A stretch of 64,000 bases of DNA, taken from IMG/VR virus record IMGVR_UViG_3300035498_000944, one strand, 5' to 3'. The notes beneath the pieces are model-generated. The model ran no database searches, was not told where the DNA came from, and saw nothing but the letters and a program-made list of their open reading frames with translations. Source of the DNA: a virus. Taxonomy: Duplodnaviria; Heunggongvirae; Uroviricota; Caudoviricetes. Of the stretch, positions 29,173-39,500 are shown in pieces. Numbering within the stretch: the first letter of the stretch is position 1; every line of letters begins with the position of its first letter. The position numbers and the translations under genes are program-made.

Positions 29173-29805
29173 TTAATCCACATTTTCTGTTTTAGATTTG
29201 TCACGTAAATTAGCAATTAATGCAAGGAAATCTATTATTGCAAATATAGATAAGACAATCTCAATAAAAAGACATCCTTTATTTATATCACTTGATATAG
29301 TATTGTGTACAGTGTCAGGATCATTGTTTATGTAGATTCTATGCAGATTATAGTCAGGAGAACTATAATAAACAAATACACAAGGAGTATCATTATTTAT
29401 AGTATAAGTAACTTCCTTAGTTCCTGCAAGTGTGTTGTTACTAACTGCAGAATCTCCATAGAAATCTAACGAATTAAAATCAGGTATAAACCCATCAAAA
29501 CTAGCATTAGTTCCTGGCATTATATCTCTGTAGGATTCTGTATAATCTATACTATTTCTGTTAAAATAGCGGTCATAATATAAAGTTATGGAGTAGGTTG
29601 TATTAGCATCACTTGTGGATTTAAAATAACCCACTCCATTCTCATTAGGATCAAAATTATCTCCATCAAGTACCACAGCATTAAATAGGTTATTCACAAT
29701 GTCTAATCTCTCATTCTTCATATTTTCCATATAGACGAGACCTCTCATCAATAATAGAAGTACAACTGCTGATATGGTACACTTAATCCACTTAGTAGAT
29801 TTCAT
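29173..29805 (-). CDS. membrane-anchored protein (paralog B)
   Basis: IMPGTNASFDGFIPDFN and TPCVF blocks, with the same topology as paralog A. Confidence 0.45.
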   Translation of the reverse strand: MKSTKWIKCTISAVVLLLLMRGLVYMENMKNERLDIVNNLFNAVVLDGDNFDPNENGVGYFKSTSDANTTYSITLYYDRYFNRNSIDYTESYRDIMPGTNASFDGFIPDFNSLDFYGDSAVSNNTLAGTKEVTYTINNDTPCVFVYYSSPDYNLHRIYINNDPDTVHNTISSDINKGCLFIEIVLSIFAIIDFLALIANLRDKSKTENVD

Positions 29806-29820
29806 TTAACTTAGTGCCTC

Positions 29821-30570
29821 CTAAATATAAAGTTCTTTTGTCATTACTTCTGAAAAAGCTATATGATTCACAGATGATTTGTTTGGTATAGTGTATACTG
29901 CAATAGGACAGTAGATATACTCTTTGAATAATCTAGCTACAGTGTAGGGGTCCTGCTTAAATATACCACAACCAAATGCACCTAGAATTGCTACATCAAT
30001 CTTCTGATCGATGATCACATTAGATATATGCTTTATTCTTGATTCAAGAGCTTTTAAATTATCTTCATAGGAAATACCCTCTTTATAGGCATAACGCCAA
30101 TTAGGGGCTGCACAGGTTAAAACATCACACTTTACAATTCCATCTTCTTGTGGAAATATTATATCTGGAGTATAAACTAATCTATCTTCATATAAAGCAT
30201 TTTGCTGCATAGCTTTATTTTCTTTATAGTACAGGGGACATCTTGATAAAACATTGTACAAAGTAGATGCATGACATAAAGATTCCTCTTGTGTTGTTCT
30301 ACCCTTTAAAAATCCACCACCTGGATGTTTAAAAGATGCAAAGTTTAGTATGGCTTTCTTTCCATTTTTGTATCTTAGCATAGCAGATACAGAATCTTTA
30401 TCATCAAGAATAGTAAACTGTCTCTCTGGTAATTTTGATTTTCTCATATATCCAGTAGGATAAATTAGGGATCTTTCTACTGAAGACTTAATTTCTTCAC
30501 TGAAGTCTTTATCCATCTGTGCAACATGTTCATAAGCTTTCTTTACAAATGATTCTCTTTTTGAATCCAA
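29821..30570 (-). CDS. bacterial-type PARG-like macrodomain protein (DUF2263/TIGR02452-like)
   Basis: ILNFASFKHPGGGFLKGRTTQEESLCHASTLY matches the LNFA..PGGG....AQEE.LCR.S.L signature of microbial poly(ADP-ribose) glycohydrolase-like macrodomains. Confidence 0.55.
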   Translation of the reverse strand: MDSKRESFVKKAYEHVAQMDKDFSEEIKSSVERSLIYPTGYMRKSKLPERQFTILDDKDSVSAMLRYKNGKKAILNFASFKHPGGGFLKGRTTQEESLCHASTLYNVLSRCPLYYKENKAMQQNALYEDRLVYTPDIIFPQEDGIVKCDVLTCAAPNWRYAYKEGISYEDNLKALESRIKHISNVIIDQKIDVAILGAFGCGIFKQDPYTVARLFKEYIYCPIAVYTIPNKSSVNHIAFSEVMTKELYI

Positions 30571-30581
30571 TTATATACACC

Positions 30582-30851
30582 TCACTTCTTCTCATTCCAG
30601 TATTTACTTAAATCTCTGATCTTCCACGTAGCGAAATATTTATCTTCACAAATACATACATTTCTTTCAATACAACCATACCAAGCAGGATCGTACTCTG
30701 ATTGTTCGGCTATAGCATATATTTCTTTGTAAAATCGTGGATCGGAGTCTTTCTTCAACTTAAGAATCTTATCATAAGTTTCTTTAGATATTTCAACTTC
30801 TACAGGTGTAAAAGTCTGTAATTCTTCTACTGTTGGCAGTCTGTTTGACAT
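30582..30851 (-). CDS. small protein, tandem duplicate copy 1 (89 aa)
   Basis: About 60% identical to 30990..31241. Near-identical 5' leader. Confidence 0.45.
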   Translation of the reverse strand: MSNRLPTVEELQTFTPVEVEISKETYDKILKLKKDSDPRFYKEIYAIAEQSEYDPAWYGCIERNVCICEDKYFATWKIRDLSKYWNEKK

Positions 30852-30989
30852 AAGAACATCTCCTTATATTTATTATATCTAACACTAATAAAGTTAACAA
30901 TTTGGTTTACTTTCTCCTCATAAAACCAATTTAAGGATTCTAAATAATTATATAAATCATTTAATAATTTGGTCTCCTCTCTTAATCTA

Positions 30990-31241
30990 TCAATCACTTA
31001 CTTCTTTAATTTTCCATGTAGCAAAATATCTGTCACCGCAGACACGTATATCCCTTTCAAAACAACCATGCCAAGCTGGCTCAAATCCTGACTGATCCGC
31101 TATAGAGTATATCTCTGAATAAAATTGTGGATCTGATTCTTCCTTTAATTTTAAAATCTTATTATAAGTCTTTTCAGGTATCTCAACTTTTATAGATACA
31201 AAATCTTGTGATTCTTCTGTTGTGTGCAATCTGTTTGACAT
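30990..31241 (-). CDS. small protein, tandem duplicate copy 2 (83 aa)
   Basis: MSNRL.T.EE.Q.F......I...TY.KILKLK..SDP.FY.EIY.IA.QS...PAW.GC.ER....C.D.YFATWKI is shared with copy 1. Confidence 0.45.
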   Translation of the reverse strand: MSNRLHTTEESQDFVSIKVEIPEKTYNKILKLKEESDPQFYSEIYSIADQSGFEPAWHGCFERDIRVCGDRYFATWKIKEVSD

Positions 31242-31258
31242 AAGAACATCTCCTTATA

Positions 31259-31975
31259 TTAGTCTATTGATTCAATTATATAATTTGTTAATTTATCAAA
31301 ATCTTCTACTACTGCCGTGCTACCAATCTTAGGTATAACTATAACCTTACAATTAGCCAAATGACTTAACATGTCATTCAACTTCTTCTTAGTAACAATT
31401 TTGTCCTTCTCACCTAAAATCATAGTAATGTCATTACTATACTGACCTACAAGTTTCCAATCATCAAAAGTTAATTCATAGAGAGTTTGCATACCTACAT
31501 CTGGATTCATTCTCTTAATATCTTCAACCATTAAAGAGTCAATACACTTTGTATCATTAACCATAGGCTTAAGAAAGTGATTTAGCACCTTGTCATTATT
31601 TTTGATTAAATGTGTAAATAAAAACCTAGATAATGACTTTTTATTAGCTAATGATTTATTTACTGGAATTCCATTATAGGCAGGACTTAAGAGTATTATC
31701 TGAGTATGTAATGATAATTTAGACAACAACCTTAATATTATATTACCACCCATTTCATGAGCTATAATGACATCTGGTTTATAATGATCAATTTTATCAA
31801 GAAGTGCTTGACTATACCTAGGTATTAAGTCAGTTTCATGTATAGGAGGAGTATCACCAAATCCGGGGAACTCATGAAGTAAAACATCAAAGTTATGTTG
31901 TGTTAAAAATCCACTTAATCTCTGATATCTATCAGCTGATTGACCCCAACCATGAACTATCAGTATTCTCATCAA
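31259..31975 (-). CDS. alpha/beta-hydrolase-fold protein with atypical nucleophile elbow (AHEMGG)
   Basis: RILIVHGWGQS oxyanion region, and IIAHEMGGNII where Ser of the GxSxG motif is Glu. Confidence 0.5.
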   Translation of the reverse strand: MMRILIVHGWGQSADRYQRLSGFLTQHNFDVLLHEFPGFGDTPPIHETDLIPRYSQALLDKIDHYKPDVIIAHEMGGNIILRLLSKLSLHTQIILLSPAYNGIPVNKSLANKKSLSRFLFTHLIKNNDKVLNHFLKPMVNDTKCIDSLMVEDIKRMNPDVGMQTLYELTFDDWKLVGQYSNDITMILGEKDKIVTKKKLNDMLSHLANCKVIVIPKIGSTAVVEDFDKLTNYIIESID

Positions 31976-31985
31976 TATAACCTCC

Positions 31986-32270
31986 TTAGTTAGGTAAGCT
32001 TACTACATTCTGTTCGTATTCCTTGGATCTTCTGTTATAATTTATGTATTGAAAATAACGAATAAGTTTGTTATAATCTGAACCACCATAAGCAACAACT
32101 TCCTTCATATTTTTACTAGTACATAAAACACCAGTTATACATTTAGCATTATCATCTTCATAGATTACAACTTCTTTAATATCAGTTGGTACTTTACCTG
32201 CCAACTTAACGCCAGCATCAATTAATTGTGTAATCATTTCTATATCATTCTCATTAGCAGGACGAATCAT
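31986..32270 (-). CDS. hypothetical protein
   Basis: ORF of 94 aa. Confidence 0.35.
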   Translation of the reverse strand: MIRPANENDIEMITQLIDAGVKLAGKVPTDIKEVVIYEDDNAKCITGVLCTSKNMKEVVAYGGSDYNKLIRYFQYINYNRRSKEYEQNVVSLPN

Positions 32271-32689
32271 TACATAACCTCCAAATTTAATTTTATATTT
32301 GTTTGTATATTCTTTTGTTTTAACACCTCATTAGCACAGTATAGACAATCCTTAGCCATCTTTCCAAATTCTTTCAGCTCTGTGGAAGATAAAGTCAGGC
32401 TATCTTGAATTGATATATAGGAATAACATCTACTTAACTGACCTAACAACCATTTATCTAAATAGAATGGAAGTAGATCACTATATTGCACACAGAGGTA
32501 CCAATAATATAGTGAAGTATTTGCTTCATCAAGATTATTGTCACATAAATGGTTTATACTTTTTAAAGATGATAAACATACAGCATAGACATCCTTTATG
32601 AATTCATCAGCATCTATCACTTGATTAGAATGCTCAAAAGCCTCAACAGCATCATTAAATAATTCTAAAGCCCTACTCATAATAATCAC
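32270..32689 (-). CDS. hypothetical protein
   Basis: ORF of 139 aa. Confidence 0.4.
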   Translation of the reverse strand: MIIMSRALELFNDAVEAFEHSNQVIDADEFIKDVYAVCLSSLKSINHLCDNNLDEANTSLYYWYLCVQYSDLLPFYLDKWLLGQLSRCYSYISIQDSLTLSSTELKEFGKMAKDCLYCANEVLKQKNIQTNIKLNLEVM

Positions 32690-32711
32690 CTTCTCTTCTT
32701 ATTTTATATAG

Positions 32712-32792
32712 TGTACCTGATGGGATTCGAACCCACACGCCTATTAGCATTGGAACCTAAATCCAACGTGTCTACCATTCCACCACAGGTAC
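32712..32792 (-). tRNA. tRNA-Leu (anticodon UAG), type II with long variable arm
   Basis: Reverse complement reads GTACCTGTGGTGGAATGGTAGACACGTTGGATTTAGGTTCCAATGCTAATAGGCGTGTGGGTTCGAATCCCATCAGGTACA. 7-bp acceptor stem, U8, anticodon stem TTGGA/TCCAA with loop TTTAGGT, 13-nt variable arm, T-loop TTCGAAT. Confidence 0.75.
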
Positions 32793-32796
32793 AGAT

Positions 32797-32816
32797 AGAG
32801 GAGACAGATCTCCTCT
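32797..32816 (-). other. 8-bp hairpin AGAGGAGA/TCTCCTCT overlapping the stop of the upstream gene, 4 nt before the tRNA-Leu 5' end
   Basis: Inverted repeat seen directly. Analogous to the hairpin preceding the other tRNA. Confidence 0.35.
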
Positions 32817-33094
32817 TATGTATTTTTCTTTCTTCCTAGTTTCCAAAGTAGTTTAATTATGAACAAACTTATTATTGCCATATAATATAGAATTATAGCC
32901 AGCATAGAGAATATGATAATTATAAATCCATAAAGCTTACCAAACCAATTACTGCTTTTCATATAACTACATATCCACTCCCACAAACTGTGCTTACGAA
33001 AATCTTCATCAATTGCAATACACAGCAATACTATAAAGTTCCACATTATTATGACTAAAGTAGCAACATCAACTGGACCAATGTTAATTGTCAT
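32816..33094 (-). CDS. small membrane protein (2-3 TM)
   Basis: Hydrophobic ORF of 92 aa. Confidence 0.4.
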   Translation of the reverse strand: MTINIGPVDVATLVIIMWNFIVLLCIAIDEDFRKHSLWEWICSYMKSSNWFGKLYGFIIIIFSMLAIILYYMAIISLFIIKLLWKLGRKKNT

Positions 33095-33110
33095 TTGTTA
33101 TACACCCTCT

Positions 33111-33719
33111 TTATGATACTACACTTCTAGCGTAAAGTACAGTAGAGAAATCATAGTAATCACCATATGAACTTACAATGTCTTTGTCCAAGTTATAAGA
33201 ACTAAATGCCTTAGTAATTTTGCGTAATGTAAATGATCCAACCATCTTGAACTTAGAGAGAATCTCTATAGCTTCCAAGAGACGAAGAACATTAACATTA
33301 GAGTTTGTAATGGCACACTGAGTCTCTATGAGCTGCACACCATAATTTTCAATAATCAAGTGCTTCATTTGATCAGAGTATTTGTTTGTATAAACTATCA
33401 ATTCCCCTGGGACTCTGTCACATAATCCTATATCACTTATCAGTCCAGCACCGGCTTCATATCCAAATACTTCACCTGTTACATCATTTTTGATAAACAA
33501 TCTCTGTATTACACTCACTGGATCAAACTCATTTTCTTCATCTGGAATATAGTAAATATTTTTGTCTATAATTTCTGGACATTTATCGTACTTTATCATC
33601 AAACCTGAGTTCACAAGTTTGTCTGCTGCTCTTTTAGATATCTTAAGTGATTTTAAATCTTCAGCGAGAAAAGCCTTGTTGTAACCTATAGTATCAACCA
33701 ATTTCTCAAAATCTTTCAT
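33111..33719 (-). CDS. hypothetical protein
   Basis: ORF of 202 aa. Confidence 0.4.
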   Translation of the reverse strand: MKDFEKLVDTIGYNKAFLAEDLKSLKISKRAADKLVNSGLMIKYDKCPEIIDKNIYYIPDEENEFDPVSVIQRLFIKNDVTGEVFGYEAGAGLISDIGLCDRVPGELIVYTNKYSDQMKHLIIENYGVQLIETQCAITNSNVNVLRLLEAIEILSKFKMVGSFTLRKITKAFSSYNLDKDIVSSYGDYYDFSTVLYARSVVS

Positions 33720-33958
33720 AAATAAAACACTCCTTCCAAAAAGTCATAGAGAGTATGAATAACTCTCTTCTGTAGTTTAATAAAAAAGTTTTTGTAATTT
33801 TATATTAGTTTTAGAACCACTACTAAATACAATAGCTGCTAGAGACAGTTACAGTATTATATTAAGTAGTGGCAAATAGTCATAATCCTTGATAGTCAAT
33901 TCTTTTAAATCTATCTTACATTCACAATTTCAATTACACAAATATTTAAAAGATATTA

Positions 33959-34255
33959 TCAGTCATCAAAGATAGTTGTTATAGATTCTTCACACTGAAA
34001 GAATGTATTAGTATAATCCTCAGAATCCAATATAATCTTGCTATCACTATATGAATCCTTTACTTTAACCAAAGCTTCTTCAATACTGTCGGCTTCAACC
34101 TCAACATTACGTTGTAATTGCTCAGTTATCATCACATTAAACGTTTGCATGATATTACCTCCTTTCCTTAAAACTGTATGATATGTATCCTCCAATTGGA
34201 CTTGGTTAATCAGCCATAAAACTGATGTCTCCTTTAACCTTGATAGCCCAAACAC
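33959..34255 (-). CDS. hypothetical protein
   Basis: Acidic ORF of 98 aa, preceded by a 239-nt non-coding gap at 33720-33958. Confidence 0.4.
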   Translation of the reverse strand: MFGLSRLKETSVLWLINQVQLEDTYHTVLRKGGNIMQTFNVMITEQLQRNVEVEADSIEEALVKVKDSYSDSKIILDSEDYTNTFFQCEESITTIFDD

Positions 34256-34335
34256 TTCCGCAACGTTTTGAACCGATTTGACCTAACGAACACGATTCTT
34301 TACCGAAGTAGTTATTTTAGTTAATATTTCTAATT

Positions 34336-34854
34336 TTAGCTTAACATTTCATAGTAGAGATCATTTATATTATTCTCTACCTCAGATGACCATTGTGACC
34401 AATTACCTGGACAGTAAACTTTACCTATAGAGGAAATGGTGTATCTACCATTCTTGAAGTGGACATTTTTAATATTACTTCCAAAAGCTCTGATACTTTC
34501 ACCTATACTGTCATAGTAAGCATAGCCACCCTTAGAGCTAGTTAGACCATAAGCATTGTTTCTACTCAAGCCAGTTCCAGCACAGCCCAAAGAGGTCTCT
34601 TCTTTAGCAACAGCTAAAATGAAAAAAGCATTAACATCATTTGCTTTTTCTGTTTCTAATATAACTTGCTCATACCCTTCGAAACGAGTTCCTTTAGTTA
34701 CTTTTCGTAACTGTGCAACAGTAGCATGAGAGTAACTATTTACACCTCTAGTAAGGGTAGTATCTGCATTTACAGGTGAGCAAGTAATAAGTATTGTAGC
34801 GATTAGCATAATCACTATCTTCGTAAATTTATTCATAAGTTTGTATCCTTTCAT
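34336..34854 (-). CDS. secreted glucosaminidase-like (FlgJ/Lyz2-type) cell-wall hydrolase (putative)
   Basis: Signal peptide, ILAVAKEETSLGCAGTGLSRNNAYGL resembling the Glucosaminidase domain core. Confidence 0.45.
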   Translation of the reverse strand: MKGYKLMNKFTKIVIMLIATILITCSPVNADTTLTRGVNSYSHATVAQLRKVTKGTRFEGYEQVILETEKANDVNAFFILAVAKEETSLGCAGTGLSRNNAYGLTSSKGGYAYYDSIGESIRAFGSNIKNVHFKNGRYTISSIGKVYCPGNWSQWSSEVENNINDLYYEMLS

Positions 34855-34949
34855 TACAAATTGCCTTAGTTGGCAACACCTTAGTTTTCCGTTTGAAGAG
34901 GATACATATCATAGGTTTTGGTTTTAACGACTTTTCCTTGTCAAATATT

Positions 34950-35795
34950 TTATTTCTCTTCTTTCATTATATATGGCAGGTTGAGTGTTATTTTGTCTGA
35001 GATTTTTATAATTTTTGTAGAACGCCATATATACTTATCATAATCTGTAGATGAACACTTAAGACTATTAAACGTATACCAATCCTTAAAATTGTAATAC
35101 TCTAAAAAGTCATCACTTTTAAGAAAATATGCTGAACTGTAACCGTTTACTTCAGCATTGGCTATATCACTTGTAAGGTCTATGTTGTACCATTTGCCAT
35201 CTAACTGAACTGTATTCCAAATATGATTCATAGAATCACTCATGGCAGCAGAATTATTTATTCCAAGGTTGTTCAAAATATAACCATAAGCATATGTAAT
35301 ACCCTCGCATACAACAGATTTGTTAACTAAAGCATTATACATATCATGATTCTGATAGGAGTAATCATATTTTATATTATAAACGAACCAATCATGGACA
35401 TATAGGAGTTTCTGATAGTCTGTAGTATATTTATTAGCACCATTGATAATCTCTAAAGCTACATCATTCAACTCTTTTATTTTAGAAGGTAATTCATCCT
35501 TATCAACAGTATACTTAAAATCTATAGATTTTAATATTCCATAATCAGGATAACAAACACCACTAACCTGCTTGTCAACATAAAAATATTTAGGTTGACC
35601 AAACAGTAGTTTTGTAGCTAAATTACCAATGTCTTCAGTAGGAACTTTATATTGAGAAATATCTACACTAGGTAAGTAATTCTCAACACCAAGTCTCAAT
35701 GTATTTAGCACAGCTTGTTCGTCATATGCAAAAACATTATTAACACAACAAGCTATGCTAATTACTACTGAAATTATGCACTTTAATAATTTCAT
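34950..35795 (-). CDS. secreted transglutaminase-like cysteine-protease-fold protein
   Basis: Signal peptide, and the Cys-His-Asp arrangement VCEGITYAYGYILNNLGI...NHIWNTVQLDGKWYNIDLT typical of the transglutaminase-like core. Confidence 0.5.
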   Translation of the reverse strand: MKLLKCIISVVISIACCVNNVFAYDEQAVLNTLRLGVENYLPSVDISQYKVPTEDIGNLATKLLFGQPKYFYVDKQVSGVCYPDYGILKSIDFKYTVDKDELPSKIKELNDVALEIINGANKYTTDYQKLLYVHDWFVYNIKYDYSYQNHDMYNALVNKSVVCEGITYAYGYILNNLGINNSAAMSDSMNHIWNTVQLDGKWYNIDLTSDIANAEVNGYSSAYFLKSDDFLEYYNFKDWYTFNSLKCSSTDYDKYIWRSTKIIKISDKITLNLPYIMKEEK

Positions 35796-35796
35796 C

Positions 35797-36078
35797 TTAC
35801 TTTCGCCTCACACATCTAGCCCAATAATCTAGATATAGTTCTAAAGTTGGATATTGTCTTTTAAAGTAATCATTTGTACATCTCAGCGTATACTCTTTAA
35901 TAGCATCACGTTTGGTCCATAGCCACTTATAGTCACAAATATTCCAAGATTGGTAAATCCTCTTATAGGAAGAACCACTTGGAATATTTAAGTGCCTACG
36001 GACTCTTTTGTTAGCAAAGCGTTTATGCTTTCTATTATGGTCTTTTATATAAGGTGACCTATTGTAACTGTGCATCAT
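35797..36078 (-). CDS. small highly basic protein
   Basis: 93 aa, rich in Lys/Arg/Tyr/Trp. Possibly nucleic-acid binding. Confidence 0.4.
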   Translation of the reverse strand: MMHSYNRSPYIKDHNRKHKRFANKRVRRHLNIPSGSSYKRIYQSWNICDYKWLWTKRDAIKEYTLRCTNDYFKRQYPTLELYLDYWARCVRRK

Positions 36079-36096
36079 AAGTCATCTCCTTTTAGA

Positions 36097-36576
36097 TCAA
36101 GCATCTTGGAATTCTATAGCATTATATATCCATCTTGGTGGTAGATTATCCTCCTTATAGAAAACATAACCAGCATGATTATCTCCATAAACACAATAAT
36201 ACAAATTATCAGTGTCTTCTGGAATACTGCCGGTTATTACTCTTAGTCTATCAGAACACACTTCATTAAACAAGTCATTTATATTATCCCAAGCATCCTG
36301 ACTGTATGGATCAAATAAATATATGCCCTTGCCGAATGATCCCGAATTACTTCCAGCCTCTAAACCATTTCTTAATATGTCTTGTACGCTATCAGATTTA
36401 GTTATATGATAGAAGTCAAAAGAATACGGATAAGGCATTAGTATTAATACTGGATCTTCCAAATGAAGACTTTCAGCTAATTCATCAAATTCTTCATACG
36501 TAGCATCTACATATTCCGATAAATACATAATGACATTGTCATCTTGATATTCAAGTTTATAGTATACATCTAGCAT
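36097..36576 (-). CDS. hypothetical protein
   Basis: Acidic ORF of 159 aa. Confidence 0.4.
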   Translation of the reverse strand: MLDVYYKLEYQDDNVIMYLSEYVDATYEEFDELAESLHLEDPVLILMPYPYSFDFYHITKSDSVQDILRNGLEAGSNSGSFGKGIYLFDPYSQDAWDNINDLFNEVCSDRLRVITGSIPEDTDNLYYCVYGDNHAGYVFYKEDNLPPRWIYNAIEFQDA

Positions 36577-36590
36577 ACATTCAACTCCCT

Positions 36591-39500
36591 TTATGAAATC
36601 TTTAACTCACTTACCATAACTTTAGTTTCATCAATAGGACTTTGATAAATCTTAAATTTGAAAGTTGAGTTATCTTTATAAAGCAATGCCATTCTCGCAA
36701 TATCCGGATCCTGAGACAACTTAGTACACTTACCTGTTTCACAAAGTGCATAAGATGTGTTTTCATCTGACTGGGCACAAATCCTATTACCTATGAATGG
36801 TAAGAAGGAGTTAAATGCTTTAGCAAGCTTAGCAACAATTATAAAATGAATACCTAAACTTGCACACTTTTGAAGCATGTCTTTAAATTTATCAGTCGTA
36901 TTCCAATCTTCACCTACACCTATACCTACAAGTTTGTCCCACATCAATCCAAATACAAAGATTGGTGTATTTGTTTTACTTGGATCTTCGGTTCTAGCAT
37001 TCATTTCCTCTTCAACAAATGCTAAAAGATCATCAGCAGGATTTGGACTTATGTATTTCTGATATTCCGGTTTTACACGTTTTGTTAAGTCTAACAGATC
37101 AGCTAACTCTGGGTCTGGACATGATACAATAAATTCAATATTGTGTGACTCACAACCGTATAAAAATGTATTAGCTAGATTAAATCTATCATCTCGGTTA
37201 TTACCACAAATCATGACATGTTCACCATCAGCTTTCTGTAAGATAACATGCAATGGAATTTTATCTTCACTAAAGTAGGTACGTTCACCTACAAGTATAA
37301 GTGTATTTAGTTTCTGTACTTCAGTTCTAGCATACCAAGCAGTTGTATCTGTCAATGGATGCTTACGCTTTTCATCATAGAAAAGTGCACCATATTCAAT
37401 GTGACCTTTAACCTTTTCACCTTTAAAGTTGGTCCAAACATCTTCTTTAGTCTTTCTAGCTAATTTAGCTAAATATTCCTTAATGTAATCGTTAGGAGCA
37501 AATGGTATTACATATCTGTGATTAGAGGTTAATTTACCCTTATCACAGTTAGTGTAGATAGCACCTCTACCTCTAAGTTTTTCATATGCAGCTGGGTTAC
37601 CAAGCACATCATCTGATACATCTTTAGAACATCTAAGACAAGCTCTCAACATGAACTGATCCAAAATATCTTGTGACATTGTACCTTTCATAGACTGAGA
37701 TGTAAACCACAAATGACAACCTGCGAAACGAGCAAGCTTTGATATAGAAGTAATCTGTATCTTGATCTGATCTACTATTCTGTCCTCTACTTCGGTAAAC
37801 ATAACCTGGAACTCATCACAAAGAATTATAAGACGAGGCATTATAGACTTGCCATCAGCAATCATCCTTTGTTTCAAATCCCATTTTGTTTTCTCCTTTC
37901 CAGACATATTATTAACATCCTTAGGCTGGAAAGTTATAGTACTGTTCCAGTCGGCTATTGACTGGAACTGATATATACCCAATTCTGACTGACGCCTACG
38001 CATTTCACGAAGAGCATATTCAAATACAGAAAGAGCATATTCACCATCTGTTGTACCTGCAATGATTCTTGCATGAGGTATAATAGATGGAGGTGTTACA
38101 TTAGGATTGGATTTATCTGTATACATACCAAACTCAACGTTCTTGAAGTCAATCATTATCAATGACAATTCTTCAGGTGAGTACATATGTAAAAGATTAG
38201 CCAATACTTGGTTTATGGTAGCAGATTTACCGGCACCTGTCTCACCACACATTAGACAATGAACAGGCTTAACGCCATCTGAACCAAACCACTCTGGATT
38301 GTTATCACTTCTGTCACCTTCAAAGAATCCAAAATGTAATTCAATACCGGGTGCGGAAGAATAAGTCCATATTTTATTATCAGGTATGAATACTGTCCTA
38401 TATTCTTCCTCATACCAAATAATGTCAGGTTTACGCTTACGCATTGTTAATTCAAATTCTTTAACTGCATTTTGTACTGTATAAGTATCAGCAGTCAGAC
38501 GTTGTTCAAAAGTACTTGTTTTATATAGTGGTATTGATGTGCCATCATTTACAATGGCAACATCATCACTCTTTATAACAATAGGGAAATCTAAAAGGAC
38601 TGGAATATCTGGTGGAATCTTACCTTCTTTATCAGTGAAGTTAGACTCATCAGCATGCAGTAACCATATCCAAACACCCATATCTGTAGAGTATTTTTTG
38701 AACTCTTGGAATACCTTATTAGAAGCCAAACCAGATGATGATAATATAATAACAAGAGTATACTCAAGTGTTGTTTTATTTTCATTTGAGTTATCTTCAT
38801 TATACTTATTAAAGGATTTATTGCCTATAACCATCATATTTGATTTAGCTTTCTCATATAATTGCTCAAGCACTTTTGTATAATCTGTTGTAACAACACG
38901 GATATATTTTTGAGTATCTTTATTTAAAAATTCACTCAAATCCTTACCTAGACCTTCAGGATCAATGATAGTCACATCAAGAAAGTTTTCTCGTACGTTA
39001 GCTAACATAGAACATAAGAATAACCTTATCTGATCTAATCTATCTGATCTATCTGGTAAATCATGCCACTGGAATAATATATTCTTGTAAGGAAGAGTTA
39101 CTCTATTATATCCATATATTAACTCACCTGATCTATCTGTAATCTTTGTTGTAGTAAATGATGTGTCTAAGAAATAATTTATAGTAACTGGTATTCCTGG
39201 ACCACCTAATAGCTTAGCACGATTAAGAAGATCTTGAACTTTTTGCTTTGCTTTAACTTTATCTTTTTCTGACTTCTTTATATCAGACATAAGATCATCA
39301 AAATAAAGGTCGTTTCTAGAAGTTGAATTGTATTTAGCAACTTCCATCATACGGCTATTAAGTTCCTTAGCAACGCCTAAGAAATATTCATTATAGGCTG
39401 AGAACTTTCGCTTATATTCAGCAGTGAATCGCTCATAAAGACCATTAACCTGTGACTTGTACTTTATCATACAAGTTGCATTAGTAGCCTCATTTATGGT

